A stretch of DNA of 64,000 bases from an uncultured Actinomycetota bacterium (GTDB lineage Bacteria; Actinomycetota; Actinomycetes; Actinomycetales; Dermatophilaceae), in NCBI GenBank assembly GCA_963781115.1, contig CAWADV010000006.1, positions 48,864-112,863 of the forward strand, read 5' to 3'. Positions within the stretch are counted from its first letter, which is position 1. Every line of letters starts with the position of its first letter. The notes beneath the pieces were generated by a model. It was given only the letters and a program-made list of their open reading frames with translations, had not been told where the DNA came from and made no database searches. Positions 9,535 through 19,702 of the stretch are shown here, piece after piece. Both the position numbers and the translations under genes were made by a program.

Positions 9535-9606
9535 ACGAGGACCCGGAAATGTCGACTCCTGGCCTGTTATATGAGGTCGTCGGTTGACTTTTCCGGGTCA
9601 TAGTCG
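9535..9606 (-). repeat. 72-bp palindromic element, distant copy of the 47501/47718 elements
   Basis: minus strand cgactatgacccggaaaagtcaac...cctcatataacagg...gagtcgacatttccgggtc aligns without gaps to 47719..47790. Confidence 0.75.
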
Positions 9607-10466
9607 CCATGCGACCGAAGCGCAGCTCGAAGGTCGACGTCCCCGGTCACCACCGACACGACGTCGCCGCCGACCCAGACCTGGCCGTCGACCGTGTCGA
9701 GGAAGATGCGGCCGTCACGCCTCAGGCGGGTGCCCTGCCCAGCGACATACGAGGTCGGCAGCCGTCCCTCGCCGACCAGCCACTGGGCCAGGCCGGCGTT
9801 GAGGCTGCCGGTCACCGGATCCTCCGCGAAGTCCCGGTCGTCGCCATAGAACGCCCGGACCTCGACGTCGCGCCCGTCGCGAGCCGGATCCTGCGCTCCC
9901 CAGCGCCCGACCAGCCCCACCTTGAGCCCTCGGCACAGCGTGGGGTCGGGCTCGACCGCCAGCACGTCGGCGGCAGCCGCCAGCTCCAGGCCCACCCAGC
10001 CCGGTCCGTTGTCGATCCACGCCGAGGACACGACGCTGGCCGGGTCGAGCCGCAGCCCGCTCAGGATCCGGTCGAGATGGGCCGGCTCGACCGCACCTGA
10101 CCGCCTCAGTGGGGGCGCGGCGAAGGCGAGGCGTTCACCTCGGCGGACCTGCACCAGCCCCACGCCACACTCCTGGACGACGACGTCGGGGGCGGCCGCC
10201 ATACCTCCGGCCTCGAGCCAGGCGTGCGCCGACCCGAGGGTGGGATGCCCGGCGAACGGCAGCTCGCCGCCGGTGGTGAAGATGCGCACCCGGTAGTCCG
10301 CCGCCGGGTCGGTCGGCGACAGCAGGAAGGTGGTCTCCGACAGGTTGGTCCACCGGGCGAACGCGGCCATCTGCTCCTCGCTGAGGTCGTCGGCGTCGTG
10401 CACGACCGCCAGCGGGTTGCCGAGCAGGGGGACAGCGGTGAAGACGTCGACCTGGCTGAACCGCAT
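9567..10466 (-). CDS. PhzF family isomerase
   Basis: QVDVFT..GNPLAVV, NLSETTF, ELPFAGHPTLG, EDPVTGS. Confidence 0.92.
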   Translation of the reverse strand: MRFSQVDVFTAVPLLGNPLAVVHDADDLSEEQMAAFARWTNLSETTFLLSPTDPAADYRVRIFTTGGELPFAGHPTLGSAHAWLEAGGMAAAPDVVVQECGVGLVQVRRGERLAFAAPPLRRSGAVEPAHLDRILSGLRLDPASVVSSAWIDNGPGWVGLELAAAADVLAVEPDPTLCRGLKVGLVGRWGAQDPARDGRDVEVRAFYGDDRDFAEDPVTGSLNAGLAQWLVGEGRLPTSYVAGQGTRLRRDGRIFLDTVDGQVWVGGDVVSVVTGDVDLRAALRSHGDYDPEKSTDDLI

Positions 10467-10537
10467 GCCGCCATGCAAGCACAGCCGCCCGCTGAGCTCG
10501 CCGCGACCAGCGCAGCCCCGCCCGCTGACCGGCTCAG

Positions 10538-10614
10538 GTGCGCACGTGTACACGTGGGCCGACAGATCAGCCCGTCTCACCGGCCTGCGTGTGCACGTGC
10601 ACACGTGGGCCGAC
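10538..10614. repeat. two 26-bp direct repeats with palindromic core
   Basis: gtgcgcacgtgtacacgtgggccgac (10538) and gtgtgcacgtgcacacgtgggccgac (10589). Confidence 0.7.
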
Positions 10615-10673
10615 CTCAGTCCAGGCGGGGCTCGGCCACCGGGCCGTCAGGGTGCCGCCGTACGGTGGCCGGT

Positions 10674-11144
10674 ATGGAGCAGCCTGAGTCGGTCTGGGAC
10701 TACCCGCGCCCGCCTGCCGTGCGAGCCAGCGACGAGACGGTGGTCATCCGCCTCGGCGGAGTGGTGGTCGCGCAGAGCGCACGCAGCCTGCAGGTCCTGG
10801 AGACCAGCCACCCGCCGACCTACTACCTGCCGGCGCAGGACTTCGCCGACGGCGTGCTGCACCCGGTGCCCGGGACGACGGTGTGCGAGTTCAAGGGGAC
10901 CGCCCAGTACTTCGACCTGGTGTCCGGCGAGCGCACCGCCGCCCGCGCCGCCTGGCACTACCCGTCTCCGCGCGCGGGCTTTGAGGCGCTCATCGGTCAC
11001 GTCGCCGTGATGCCCGGCCTGATGGACGAGTGCCTCGTCGACGGTGAGCGGGTGACGCCGCAGGAGGGCGGCTTCTATGGCGGGTGGATCACCAGCCGCG
11101 TGGTCGGCCCGTTCAAGGGGCCGCCCGGGACGCTCGGCTGGTGA
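10674..11144 (+). CDS. DUF427 domain-containing protein
   Basis: ESVWDYPRPP, ETSHPPTYY, CEFKG, FYGGWIT. Confidence 0.85.
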   Translation: MEQPESVWDYPRPPAVRASDETVVIRLGGVVVAQSARSLQVLETSHPPTYYLPAQDFADGVLHPVPGTTVCEFKGTAQYFDLVSGERTAARAAWHYPSPRAGFEALIGHVAVMPGLMDECLVDGERVTPQEGGFYGGWITSRVVGPFKGPPGTLGW

Positions 11145-11590
11145 GCAGCGCCGCACCGCACGCGGACGGCACGGAGTGGAGCAGGACCCTGGGCCGCTGG
11201 CTGCTGGCGCTCGCGCTGGCGTTCGCCGGCGTCATGCACCTCCTGCGGCCCCAGGAGTTCCTGGCCCAGGTGCCCAGTGTCTTCCCCGCCCGCGAGGCGA
11301 TCGTGCTCGTGTCGGGCCTGGTCGAGATCGGCATCGCTGCGTTGCTCGTCGCGGCCCAGTGGTGGTCGCCGTCGCGCCGGGCGGTGCTCGGCTGGGCCGT
11401 CGCCGCGTTCTTCGTCGCGGTCTTCCCCGGCAACCTCGCGCAGTGGTGGGAGGGCACTGACGCCTTCGGCCTGGACACCGACACCAAGCGTCTGCTCCGC
11501 CTGCCGTTCCAGCCGGTCCTCGTGGCGTGGGCACTGTGGAGCACCGGCGCCTGGCGGCACTGGCGCAGCCGTCAGCGCGTCCGCGACTGA
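11141..11590 (+). CDS. DoxX-like membrane protein
   Basis: AGVMH, SGLVEI, VAVFPGN, RLPFQP; GTGA overlap with the upstream gene. Confidence 0.8.
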   Translation: MSSAAPHADGTEWSRTLGRWLLALALAFAGVMHLLRPQEFLAQVPSVFPAREAIVLVSGLVEIGIAALLVAAQWWSPSRRAVLGWAVAAFFVAVFPGNLAQWWEGTDAFGLDTDTKRLLRLPFQPVLVAWALWSTGAWRHWRSRQRVRD

Positions 11591-11680
11591 CCCCGGGCGG
11601 TATCACCGTCCCCGCCGTTCGTCTCCTCCCTCTGTCCAGGCGCAGACATCAGGCCTGCGCCACAGCTCGGGGAGCACACC

Positions 11681-14018
11681 ATGGCAACAAAGCAACGCCA
11701 GCCGCTGGGCAGGCGTCGGGAGGCCGTCGAGGTCACCCAGACTCTCAGTGAGGCGCGCAAGCGCACGCTGACCCTCACCGCCCTCGGTCCACAGACCGAC
11801 CTCGCGGCCAAGCTGCTCGGCATGGAGTCGGGCAACACCACCTTCGAGGAGCTGTCCTGCGTGGGCCTGACGCCCTCGCTCGACCAGCTCACCGCCGTCG
11901 TCCTGCTCAACGCCAACGGCGGCTACTCCGGACCACTGTGTGGTGCCGGATCGACCGAGCACGTCAGGTTCTACGTCAGCAACGACGGCGGCGGCACCTG
12001 GAACGACGCCGGCGCGGACTCGTTCTCGGCCTACGACACGCCCGGCCCACGCCCGCTTCACCAGGCGGTCAACGTCGTCGCGCCGATGCGCAAGACCTTC
12101 TGCTGGGTCACCAACCACCCGATGGTGCGCGCCATCCTGTCGTGGGCGGTCGCGCCGCCCGCCGGGCAGCCGGACTGGGTGCCGGTATGGGGTGACGTCC
12201 GCACCGTGCGGGTCCGTCCGCGCAGCCGGCGGTTCCCGTTCTTCGGCGACCTCGTCGAGATCGGCTCGGTGACCATCAGCAAGGAGCTCGCCCAGCTGGT
12301 GGAGATGAAGACGCCGATCACGCTGGTCCCGCAGCCCTCGCCCACCGTGCAGGAGCTGGCCAAGGCCTACCGCAGGGCCAAGGTGGAGCCGCACCGCATC
12401 GCCTTCCCGACCTTCCTCAAGGCACAGGCGACGGGCAGCCTGCTCGAGCCATCGGTGCACCGTCAGCGAGTCGGGCTCACGCCCGACCCCGACGGTGGTC
12501 CCGGGCCCGTTCCCGCCCGGCCCGTTCCCGCCCGGGCCGTTCCCGCCGGACCCCCCCGGTCCGTTCCCGCCCGATCCCCCGGTGCCGCCGCCGTTCCCGC
12601 CCGTCGGCCCCCCGTTCACCCTCGGCCTGGAGGCGGTGCTGGCCGACCTCAAGATCGACCTGTCCGAGTTCCTCGAGCTGGTCGCGACGACCGACGGCAA
12701 CACCACCTACGAGGAGCTGGGCTGTGTCGGCTACGACCCGGTGCAGGACGCGCTCAACGGGGTCTTCACGGTCAAGCGGTCCTCCGGCTACAGCGGCGGC
12801 CCGTGCACCGACGGCTCGACCGAGTACGTCGCCTTCTGGGTCGACTGGGGCTCCGGCTGGGACTACGTCGGCACCACGTCGACGACGGTCTACGACGAGG
12901 ACGTCCCCGACGAGGGCCTGCAGTTCGCGGTCTACCACCCGGTGGGGTCCTACCCGCACCGCCGGCACTGCACCGACGGACCCGTGCAGCCGCAGGTCAG
13001 GGCGATCCTGTCGTGGCAGCAGCCGCCACCGCCGGGCAACCCCGACTGGGTGCCCACCTGGGGCAACCGCGAGGAGGGCGACGTCGAGCTGCCCAAGGGA
13101 GCGGTCACCCCGCTCATGCCGGTGCTCGAGAGCGTCAGCGGGTATGCCGTGTGCCAGATCCACCCGGTCACCGGGCTGACCCACTCCCACGACCGTCCGT
13201 TCGGGGCCACCCTGGGCATCGCCGGCTTCATCCCCGGCGCTCCCGACCTGGCCCTGCCGCCGATGGCCTACCAGGTCACCGCCCACCAGCTCGACGGCTC
13301 CGGTGCGGTCATCTCCAGCGAGGTGCTGGACGACGACTTCACCACCTATGTCACCGAGTCCACGGGCGGCGGCTCACCGGTGCAGTACCCCGTGCTGCAG
13401 CAGGCGGACGCGGCCGGCTGGTTCACCTACCTGGCCGACCCCAACCCCAGCGGCAGCGGCTGGCGCCAGGTGCTGGGCAACCTGCTCTATCCCTGGAACA
13501 GCGCGCCCCGCACGGGCCGGTGGCAGATCGAGCTGCGGGCCAAGGACGCCGGCGGGATGGAGTATGCGGCGCAGGTCGTCACCTGCACCGACGGCTCCAC
13601 CCGTCAGCAGGCCAGGGTCCGGCTGGACCAGGCCAAGCCCGGCGTCGACCTGCAGATCCTCACCTACCAGCTGCCCGGCGACCCGGAGATCCCGGCGGGC
13701 AGCTGCATGAAGTTCCCGGTCGGCGCCATCCTGTCCGGCTCCTTCTCGGCCACCGACCAGCACTTCGACCACGTCTCGTTCTCGGTCGAGGGTGCCCCGT
13801 TCGGTGACCCCACACCCAGCGGCGACCCGCGGTGGACGATCACCGGCGCCACGGCATACCCGGCGGCGAGCACGAACGGCACGTCGGGAACGTGGAGCTT
13901 CAACACCGAGGGCATGCAGGCCTGCGGCTACGTGATGCGCCTGGTCGCCCGTGACCGGACCGTCAACGGCTCCGGCGGCTGGTGGGACGACGACGTGTTC
14001 GGGTTCTCCCTGGAGTGA
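11681..14018 (+). CDS. hypothetical protein with tandem duplicated Cys-containing domain and PGPFP linker; frameshift ~12470
   Basis: GGGAG RBS; GNTT(F/Y)EEL.CVG...GYSG..C..GSTE.V.F...VRAILSW..PP...PDWVP.WG occurs twice, once in each of the two ORFs. Confidence 0.75.
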
Positions 14019-14043
14019 CCCCGGCTCGCCGCAGCAATGAGCT

Positions 14044-14079
14044 GTCCCACCCGGTCCGCGGTTGCGGGCCGGGTGGGAC
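14044..14079. terminator. hairpin between convergent genes
   Basis: gtcccacccggtccgc-ggtt-gcgggccgggtgggac. Confidence 0.6.
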
Positions 14080-14118
14080 CGTGTCCGACAGTCGCGTGGT
14101 CCCCCACGGCGGCTGCGG

Positions 14119-14574
14119 TCAGCCTGGGGTCTGCAGGCCGTCCCAGGACCAGCGCGGGATGGTCAGGCCGTCGGGAACGTCGTCGGCCGAGGCGTGGTAG
14201 CGCGCCATGGTCGTCGAGGTGGCCCACGCGAAGTAGTCGCGCAGCACCACTCCCACGCCGTCGCCTGCATCCAGGCCGACATCGGCCAGGGCACCCTCGA
14301 AGCAGGCCACCGCTCGCTCGTCCATCTCCTCGTGCGGGCCGTTGCCACTGTGCCGCCGAACCACCGAGGTCTCGCTGCCAAACCGCTCGGTGTAGGTCGG
14401 CGGCCCCCCGAGCGCCTCGCCCCAGTAGGCGGCGAGCCGCTCGGTATGGTCCGGCAGCGCCCCACCATGGAACGCATGGCTGACCACCTCATCGGCCATC
14501 ACCCGGCGGTGCCAGGCCTCGGCGAGGCGGTGCATCCCGGGACCCCCGCCGGCAGCGTCATAGACCGTGTCCAT
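14119..14574 (-). CDS. group II truncated hemoglobin
   Basis: TVYDAAGG, HTERLAAYWGEALGGP..Y, VVRRH. Confidence 0.85.
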   Translation of the reverse strand: MDTVYDAAGGGPGMHRLAEAWHRRVMADEVVSHAFHGGALPDHTERLAAYWGEALGGPPTYTERFGSETSVVRRHSGNGPHEEMDERAVACFEGALADVGLDAGDGVGVVLRDYFAWATSTTMARYHASADDVPDGLTIPRWSWDGLQTPG

Positions 14575-14718
14575 GCGGCGAGCGTAGGGCCGCTCGACCA
14601 GCAGGAGCGGACCCAGCTGCGCCCTCGGCTGGCGTTCGTCCTCAGCCTGACCCCGTCGCGCATCGCCGCTATCGTGTGACGCAGATCACTGCGCGGACGC
14701 TCGCCGACCACTTGTGTA

Positions 14719-14754
14719 TTCCATCTGGCAGAAACTACTATCCGCTATACGGAA
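14719..14754. promoter_or_regulatory. paired putative IclR/AllR operator boxes
   Basis: ttccatctggcagaa (14719) and atccgctatacggaa (14740), 21-bp spacing. Confidence 0.7.
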
Positions 14755-14783
14755 TCAGAGCAGATCCCTTCGGAAGGACCTTC

Positions 14784-16232
14784 ATGTCACGCCCCAGTCC
14801 CGGCCACGCGATCACGATGCGGGTGTCCGCCCCGGCGGGCTTCAGCGCCACGTCCGAGCTGACCGCCGCGGCTGCCGCGGTAGGAGCCGAGATCACCGCC
14901 CTCGACATCGTGGAGTCCAGCCACCGCGACCTGGTCGTGGACATGACCTGCAACACCGAGGGTGACGAGCACGCCGCCGCCGTCGCGGCAGCCGTGGACG
15001 CCCTCGAGGGCGTGCACGTCCTGAAGACGAGCGACCGCACCTTCCTCATGCACCTGGGCGGCAAGCTCTCGGTGGAGTCCAAGGTGCAGCTGCGCAACCG
15101 CGACGACCTGTCCCGCGCCTACACCCCCGGCGTCGCCCGCGTCTGCCTGGCGATCGCGGCCAACCCCGAGGACGCCCGGCGACTCACCATCAAGCGCAAC
15201 ACCGTGGCCGTGGTCACCGACGGCACCGCAGTGCTCGGCCTCGGAGACATCGGCGCCGCCGCAGCGCTGCCGGTGATGGAGGGCAAGGCGGCGCTGTTCA
15301 AGCGCTTCGCCGACGTCGACGCCTGGCCGGTGTGTCTGGACACCACCGACACCGAAGAGATCATCATGATCGTCAAGGCGATGGCCCCCGTCTACGGCGG
15401 GATCAACCTGGAGGACATCGCCGCCCCCCGCTGCTTCGAGATCGAGCGCCGGCTTCGCGAGGAGCTGGACATCCCTGTCTTCCACGACGACCAGCACGGC
15501 ACCGCCATCGTGGTGCTGGCCGCCCTGGTCAACGCCCTGCGCGTGGTCGACAAGGACATGACGTCGGTCAAGATCGTCGTCAGCGGCGCCGGCGCAGCGG
15601 GCCACGCGATCATCCAGCTGCTGCACGCCGAGGGAGCCACCAACATCGTCGCGTGCGACCGGTCCGGTGCACTGCACCGTGGCGCGGACTACGAGGACGA
15701 CCACCGCCAGTGGATCGCCGTCAACACCAATCCCCAGGCCGAGTCCGGCACACTGCACGAGGTGCTCGTCGGGGCCGATGTGTTCATCGGGGTCTCGGCG
15801 CCAAACCTGCTCGGCGCCGAGCAGGTGGCCACGATGGCCTCCGACGCGGTCGTCTTCGCCCTCGCCAACCCCGATCCGGAGATCCACCCGCTGGACGCGG
15901 CCAAGCACGCGACGGTGGTCGCCACCGGTCGCAGTGACTTCCCCAACCAGATCAACAACGTGCTCGCCTTCCCCGGCCTGTTCCGCGGTCTGCTGGACGC
16001 CGCTGCCAGCGAGATCACCACCCCGATGCTGGTCGCGGCGGCCAACGCCATCGCGGACTGCGTCGCCGCCGAGGAGCTCAACGCGAGCTACATCGTGCCG
16101 AGCGTCTTCGACCCCCAGGTCGCGCTCGACGTCGCCGCGGCCGTCGTGCGGGCCAGCGGCAAGACCACGGTCGCCCACGAGTCCGACCGCTCCGACCTGG
16201 CCACCCCCCGCCCGGCTGGCGGCGCAGCATGA
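14784..16232 (+). CDS. NAD(P)-dependent malic enzyme with N-terminal ACT domain
   Basis: [43 protein letters not shown]. Confidence 0.95.
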   Translation: MSRPSPGHAITMRVSAPAGFSATSELTAAAAAVGAEITALDIVESSHRDLVVDMTCNTEGDEHAAAVAAAVDALEGVHVLKTSDRTFLMHLGGKLSVESKVQLRNRDDLSRAYTPGVARVCLAIAANPEDARRLTIKRNTVAVVTDGTAVLGLGDIGAAAALPVMEGKAALFKRFADVDAWPVCLDTTDTEEIIMIVKAMAPVYGGINLEDIAAPRCFEIERRLREELDIPVFHDDQHGTAIVVLAALVNALRVVDKDMTSVKIVVSGAGAAGHAIIQLLHAEGATNIVACDRSGALHRGADYEDDHRQWIAVNTNPQAESGTLHEVLVGADVFIGVSAPNLLGAEQVATMASDAVVFALANPDPEIHPLDAAKHATVVATGRSDFPNQINNVLAFPGLFRGLLDAAASEITTPMLVAAANAIADCVAAEELNASYIVPSVFDPQVALDVAAAVVRASGKTTVAHESDRSDLATPRPAGGAA

Positions 16233-17827
16233 GCATCGTCGTCACCGACCCCCATCCCACGCCGGGCGCGGAGGAGATCCTGACCGCGCATGCCCTGGCC
16301 TTCGTCGAGGCCCTGCACCAGCGCTTCGCCGCTCGCCGGGATGAGCTGATCGGCGCCCGCGCCACCCGCCGAGCGCGGGCCGTGTCCGAGGGTGGCCTGG
16401 ACTTCTCCGCCTCGACCGAGCAGATCCGGTCCGGCGACTGGGTCGTGGCGCCCGCCCCACCGGCCCTGCAGGACCGCCGCGTCGAGATGACCGGCCCCGC
16501 CACACCGGCCAAGATGGCGATCAACGCGCTCAACTCCGGCGCCAAGGTCTGGCTCGCCGACCTCGAGGACGCCAGCGCCCCGACCTGGCCCAACGTGGTC
16601 TCCGCGATCCGCAACCTGCGCGACGCGGCGGACGGCACCTTGTCGTTCACCAGTGAGGACGGGCGGGACTACCGGCTGCGTCAGGACGCCCCGCTGGCCG
16701 TGGTCGTCACCCGCCCGCGCGGCTGGCACCTGGACGAGGCGCACGTCCTGGTCGACGGCCACCGCACGGTCGGAGCCCTCGTGGACTTCGGGCTGCACTT
16801 CTTCCACCTCGCCCAGCGCCTCATCGACAACGGCCACGGCCCGTACTACTACCTGCCGAAGATGGAGAGCCACCTCGAGGCCAGGCTGTGGAACGACGTC
16901 TTCACCTTTGCCCAGTCCGAGCTGGGCATTCCGCACGGCACGATCCGGGCCACGGTGCTCATCGAGACCATCCCCGCCGCGTTCGAGATGGAGGAGATCC
17001 TCTTCGAGCTGCGCGAGCACGCCTCTGGCCTGAACGCCGGCCGGTGGGACTACCTGTTCAGCATCATCAAGTTCTTCCGGGACGCCGGGCCGGCCTACGT
17101 CCTGGCCGACCGGGGCGACATCACGATGACGGCGCCGTTCATGCGCGCCTACACCGAGCTGCTCGTCAAGACCTGCCACAAGCGTGGCGCCTTCGCGATG
17201 GGCGGCATGGCGGCGTTCATCCCGAGCCGCCGCGACGAGGCGATCAACGCTGCAGCCTTCGCCAAGGTGCGCGCTGACAAGACGCGTGAGGCCGGTGACG
17301 GCTTCGACGGGTCGTGGGTCGCCCACCCGGACCTGGTGCCGGTGTGCCGGGAGGTCTTCGACGAGGTCCTCGGAGATCGGCCCAACCAGGTCGACCGCCG
17401 GCGCGACGAGGTCGAGGTGTCCGCCGCCGACCTGCTCGACGTCAGGTCCGCGCAGGGCACGAACACCGAGGAGGGGCTGCGCGGCAACATCTATGTCGCC
17501 TTGGCCTACACCGCGGTCTGGCTCTCCGGCAACGGCGCCGTCGCGATCCACAACCTCATGGAGGACGCCGCCACCGCGGAGATCTCCCGCTCACAGGTCT
17601 GGCAGCTGATCGCCAACTCCGTGACGCTCACCGACACCGGCGCCGTGGTCACCCGCGACCTCGTGGCGCGACTCATCGAGGAGGAGACGGAGCGGCTGCG
17701 GACCGAGGTCGACGAGCAGTCCTTCACCGCTCACTACCTGCCGGCTCGGCGGCTCATCTCCGGACTGTGCCTGGACGAGGACTTCGTCGACTTCCTCACG
17801 GTCCCGGCCTACGAGCTGGTGATCTGA
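16229..17827 (+). CDS. aceB: malate synthase A
   Basis: DRRVEMTGP, RPRGWHL, GLNAGRWDY, LMEDAATAEISRSQ. Confidence 0.97.
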   Translation: MSIVVTDPHPTPGAEEILTAHALAFVEALHQRFAARRDELIGARATRRARAVSEGGLDFSASTEQIRSGDWVVAPAPPALQDRRVEMTGPATPAKMAINALNSGAKVWLADLEDASAPTWPNVVSAIRNLRDAADGTLSFTSEDGRDYRLRQDAPLAVVVTRPRGWHLDEAHVLVDGHRTVGALVDFGLHFFHLAQRLIDNGHGPYYYLPKMESHLEARLWNDVFTFAQSELGIPHGTIRATVLIETIPAAFEMEEILFELREHASGLNAGRWDYLFSIIKFFRDAGPAYVLADRGDITMTAPFMRAYTELLVKTCHKRGAFAMGGMAAFIPSRRDEAINAAAFAKVRADKTREAGDGFDGSWVAHPDLVPVCREVFDEVLGDRPNQVDRRRDEVEVSAADLLDVRSAQGTNTEEGLRGNIYVALAYTAVWLSGNGAVAIHNLMEDAATAEISRSQVWQLIANSVTLTDTGAVVTRDLVARLIEEETERLRTEVDEQSFTAHYLPARRLISGLCLDEDFVDFLTVPAYELVI

Positions 17828-17828
17828 G

Positions 17829-19115
17829 ATGGCGCAGCCGATCCTGGCAGAGTCCTTCCTCGCCGACGTCGACCACTCGCTGCGCGAGAGCGACACCCTG
17901 CTGGCCCAGGCCTACCCCGGAGACGACGGTCGCCGCCAGCCGGTGCACACCGTCTACGTGCCCGCCGACCGGTTCACCCCCGACCTTCCCCAGCAGTGGG
18001 GTGAGCAGGCGCTCGCCCTCGTGGCCGAGCACGGTGGGCTGGCCGCCCTGGCTGCCCACCTGGGGCTCGACGACGCGCTCGCCGGCCAGGTCTGCCAGCC
18101 CGTGGCGGCCAAGCTGCGCACCGACCCGATCGAGGACCTTCGCCTGGACTTCGAGGACGGCTACGGCGACCGGGGTGACGACACCGAGGACGCCGATGCC
18201 GTGGCGGCGGCGCACGCGATCGCCGACGCACTCGCGGCCGACACGTGCCCGGACTTCGTCGGCATCCGGTTCAAGTGCTTCGAGGAGCCCACCCGCCGCC
18301 GCGGCATCCGCACCCTCGACCTCTTCCTCGGCGCCCTGCTCGCTCGCACGGGAGCGGTGCCGGACCAGCTCGTCCTCACCTTCCCCAAGGTCAGCACGGT
18401 GGGCCAGGTCGAGGCCATGGTCGCCGTCTGCGGGGCGCTGGAGAGCGCCTACCGGCTGCCGCAGGGTGCGCTCGGCTTCGAGATCCAGGTCGAGACGCCG
18501 CAGCTGATCCTCGGGGCGGACGGGTCCGCGCCCCTGGCCCGCTCCGTCCATGCGGGGCAGGGCCGGGTCACCTCCTTGCACTACGGCACCTACGACTACA
18601 GCGCCTCGCTCGGCATCTCCGCCGAGTTCCAGGCCTCGGACCACCCGGCCGCCGACCACGCCAAACAGGTGATGCAGCTCGCGGTCGCCGGGACCGGCGT
18701 CCACCTCTCCGACGGGTCGACCAACGTCGTGCCGACCGGGTCGGCCGAAGCCGTCCACGCCGCCTGGGCGCTGCACGCGGGCCTGGTCACCAGGGCGCTG
18801 GGCAACGGCTTCTACCAGGGCTGGGACCTGCACCCCGGTCAGCTGCCGACCCGCTACCTGGCGACCTTCGCGTTCTACCGGTCCGGCTATGAGCGGGCGG
18901 CGACCCGGCTGGCCAACTACGTCTCGCGAGGGGGGTCCGGGATCATGGACGAGCCGGCGACGGCCCGGGCCCTGGCCCGCTACCTCCAGCGCGGCCACGC
19001 CTGCGGTGCCATCGGGAGCGCCGAGCTCGCCGCCGACACCGGTCTGGATGCCGAGGCGGTGGCCACCCTGGCCCGTCCCCGGTCCGACACCGAGGGCATC
19101 CGGAGGCCGGCATGA
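17829..19115 (+). CDS. HpcH/HpaI aldolase / citrate-lyase-like protein (DUF6986-like)
   Basis: RQPVHTVY, DLRLDFEDGYG, FEIQVET, HYGTYDYSA, LSDGSTN, QGWDLHP. Confidence 0.8.
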   Translation: MAQPILAESFLADVDHSLRESDTLLAQAYPGDDGRRQPVHTVYVPADRFTPDLPQQWGEQALALVAEHGGLAALAAHLGLDDALAGQVCQPVAAKLRTDPIEDLRLDFEDGYGDRGDDTEDADAVAAAHAIADALAADTCPDFVGIRFKCFEEPTRRRGIRTLDLFLGALLARTGAVPDQLVLTFPKVSTVGQVEAMVAVCGALESAYRLPQGALGFEIQVETPQLILGADGSAPLARSVHAGQGRVTSLHYGTYDYSASLGISAEFQASDHPAADHAKQVMQLAVAGTGVHLSDGSTNVVPTGSAEAVHAAWALHAGLVTRALGNGFYQGWDLHPGQLPTRYLATFAFYRSGYERAATRLANYVSRGGSGIMDEPATARALARYLQRGHACGAIGSAELAADTGLDAEAVATLARPRSDTEGIRRPA

Positions 19116-19609
19116 GCGACCTCACCCCCCAGGCGGGCTCCAGCCGCATGGCCGTCGAGGTCGGCGACCTCGCACCACCGCTCGAGCTCACCAACCAGCA
19201 CGGCGCGGCGCGTTCCCTGGCTGACCTGCGCGGCACACCTGTCGTCGTCTACTTCTTCCCTGCGGCGTTCTCACCGGGGTGCACCACCGAGGTGTGCGAC
19301 TTCCGGGACAGCCAGGTCCCCTTGGCCCGCGCTGGCTACGTGCTGCTCGGCGTGAGCGGCGACCCCGTGCCGGTGCTGCTCGACTTCGCCACCGCCCACG
19401 GCGTCGACCACGACCTGCTGTCCGACCCCGGGCACGTCAGCGCGGTCCGCTGGGGCGCGTATGGGCCCAAAGTCGTCGCCGGCGTGGCCCGGGAAGGGCC
19501 CTTGCGGTCCACCTTCGTCGTCGACGCGGACGGCCGGGTGCAGTCCGTCGAGCACAACCTCGACGCCTCCACCCACGTCGCCGCCCTGCGTCAGGGCCTT
19601 GGCGCCTGA
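19112..19609 (+). CDS. bcp: peroxiredoxin (Bcp/PrxQ)
   Basis: YFFPAAFSPGCTTEVCDFRD, RSTFVVD. Confidence 0.85.
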   Translation: MSDLTPQAGSSRMAVEVGDLAPPLELTNQHGAARSLADLRGTPVVVYFFPAAFSPGCTTEVCDFRDSQVPLARAGYVLLGVSGDPVPVLLDFATAHGVDHDLLSDPGHVSAVRWGAYGPKVVAGVAREGPLRSTFVVDADGRVQSVEHNLDASTHVAALRQGLGA

Positions 19610-19702
19610 ACCCCGGGGCCGGCCGTCCGGACGCGACTCTCAAACCGCAACATCGCTCAGCACCAGCACCAGTGCACAGCCCAACCCTCAAAGGAGAGCA
19701 CC

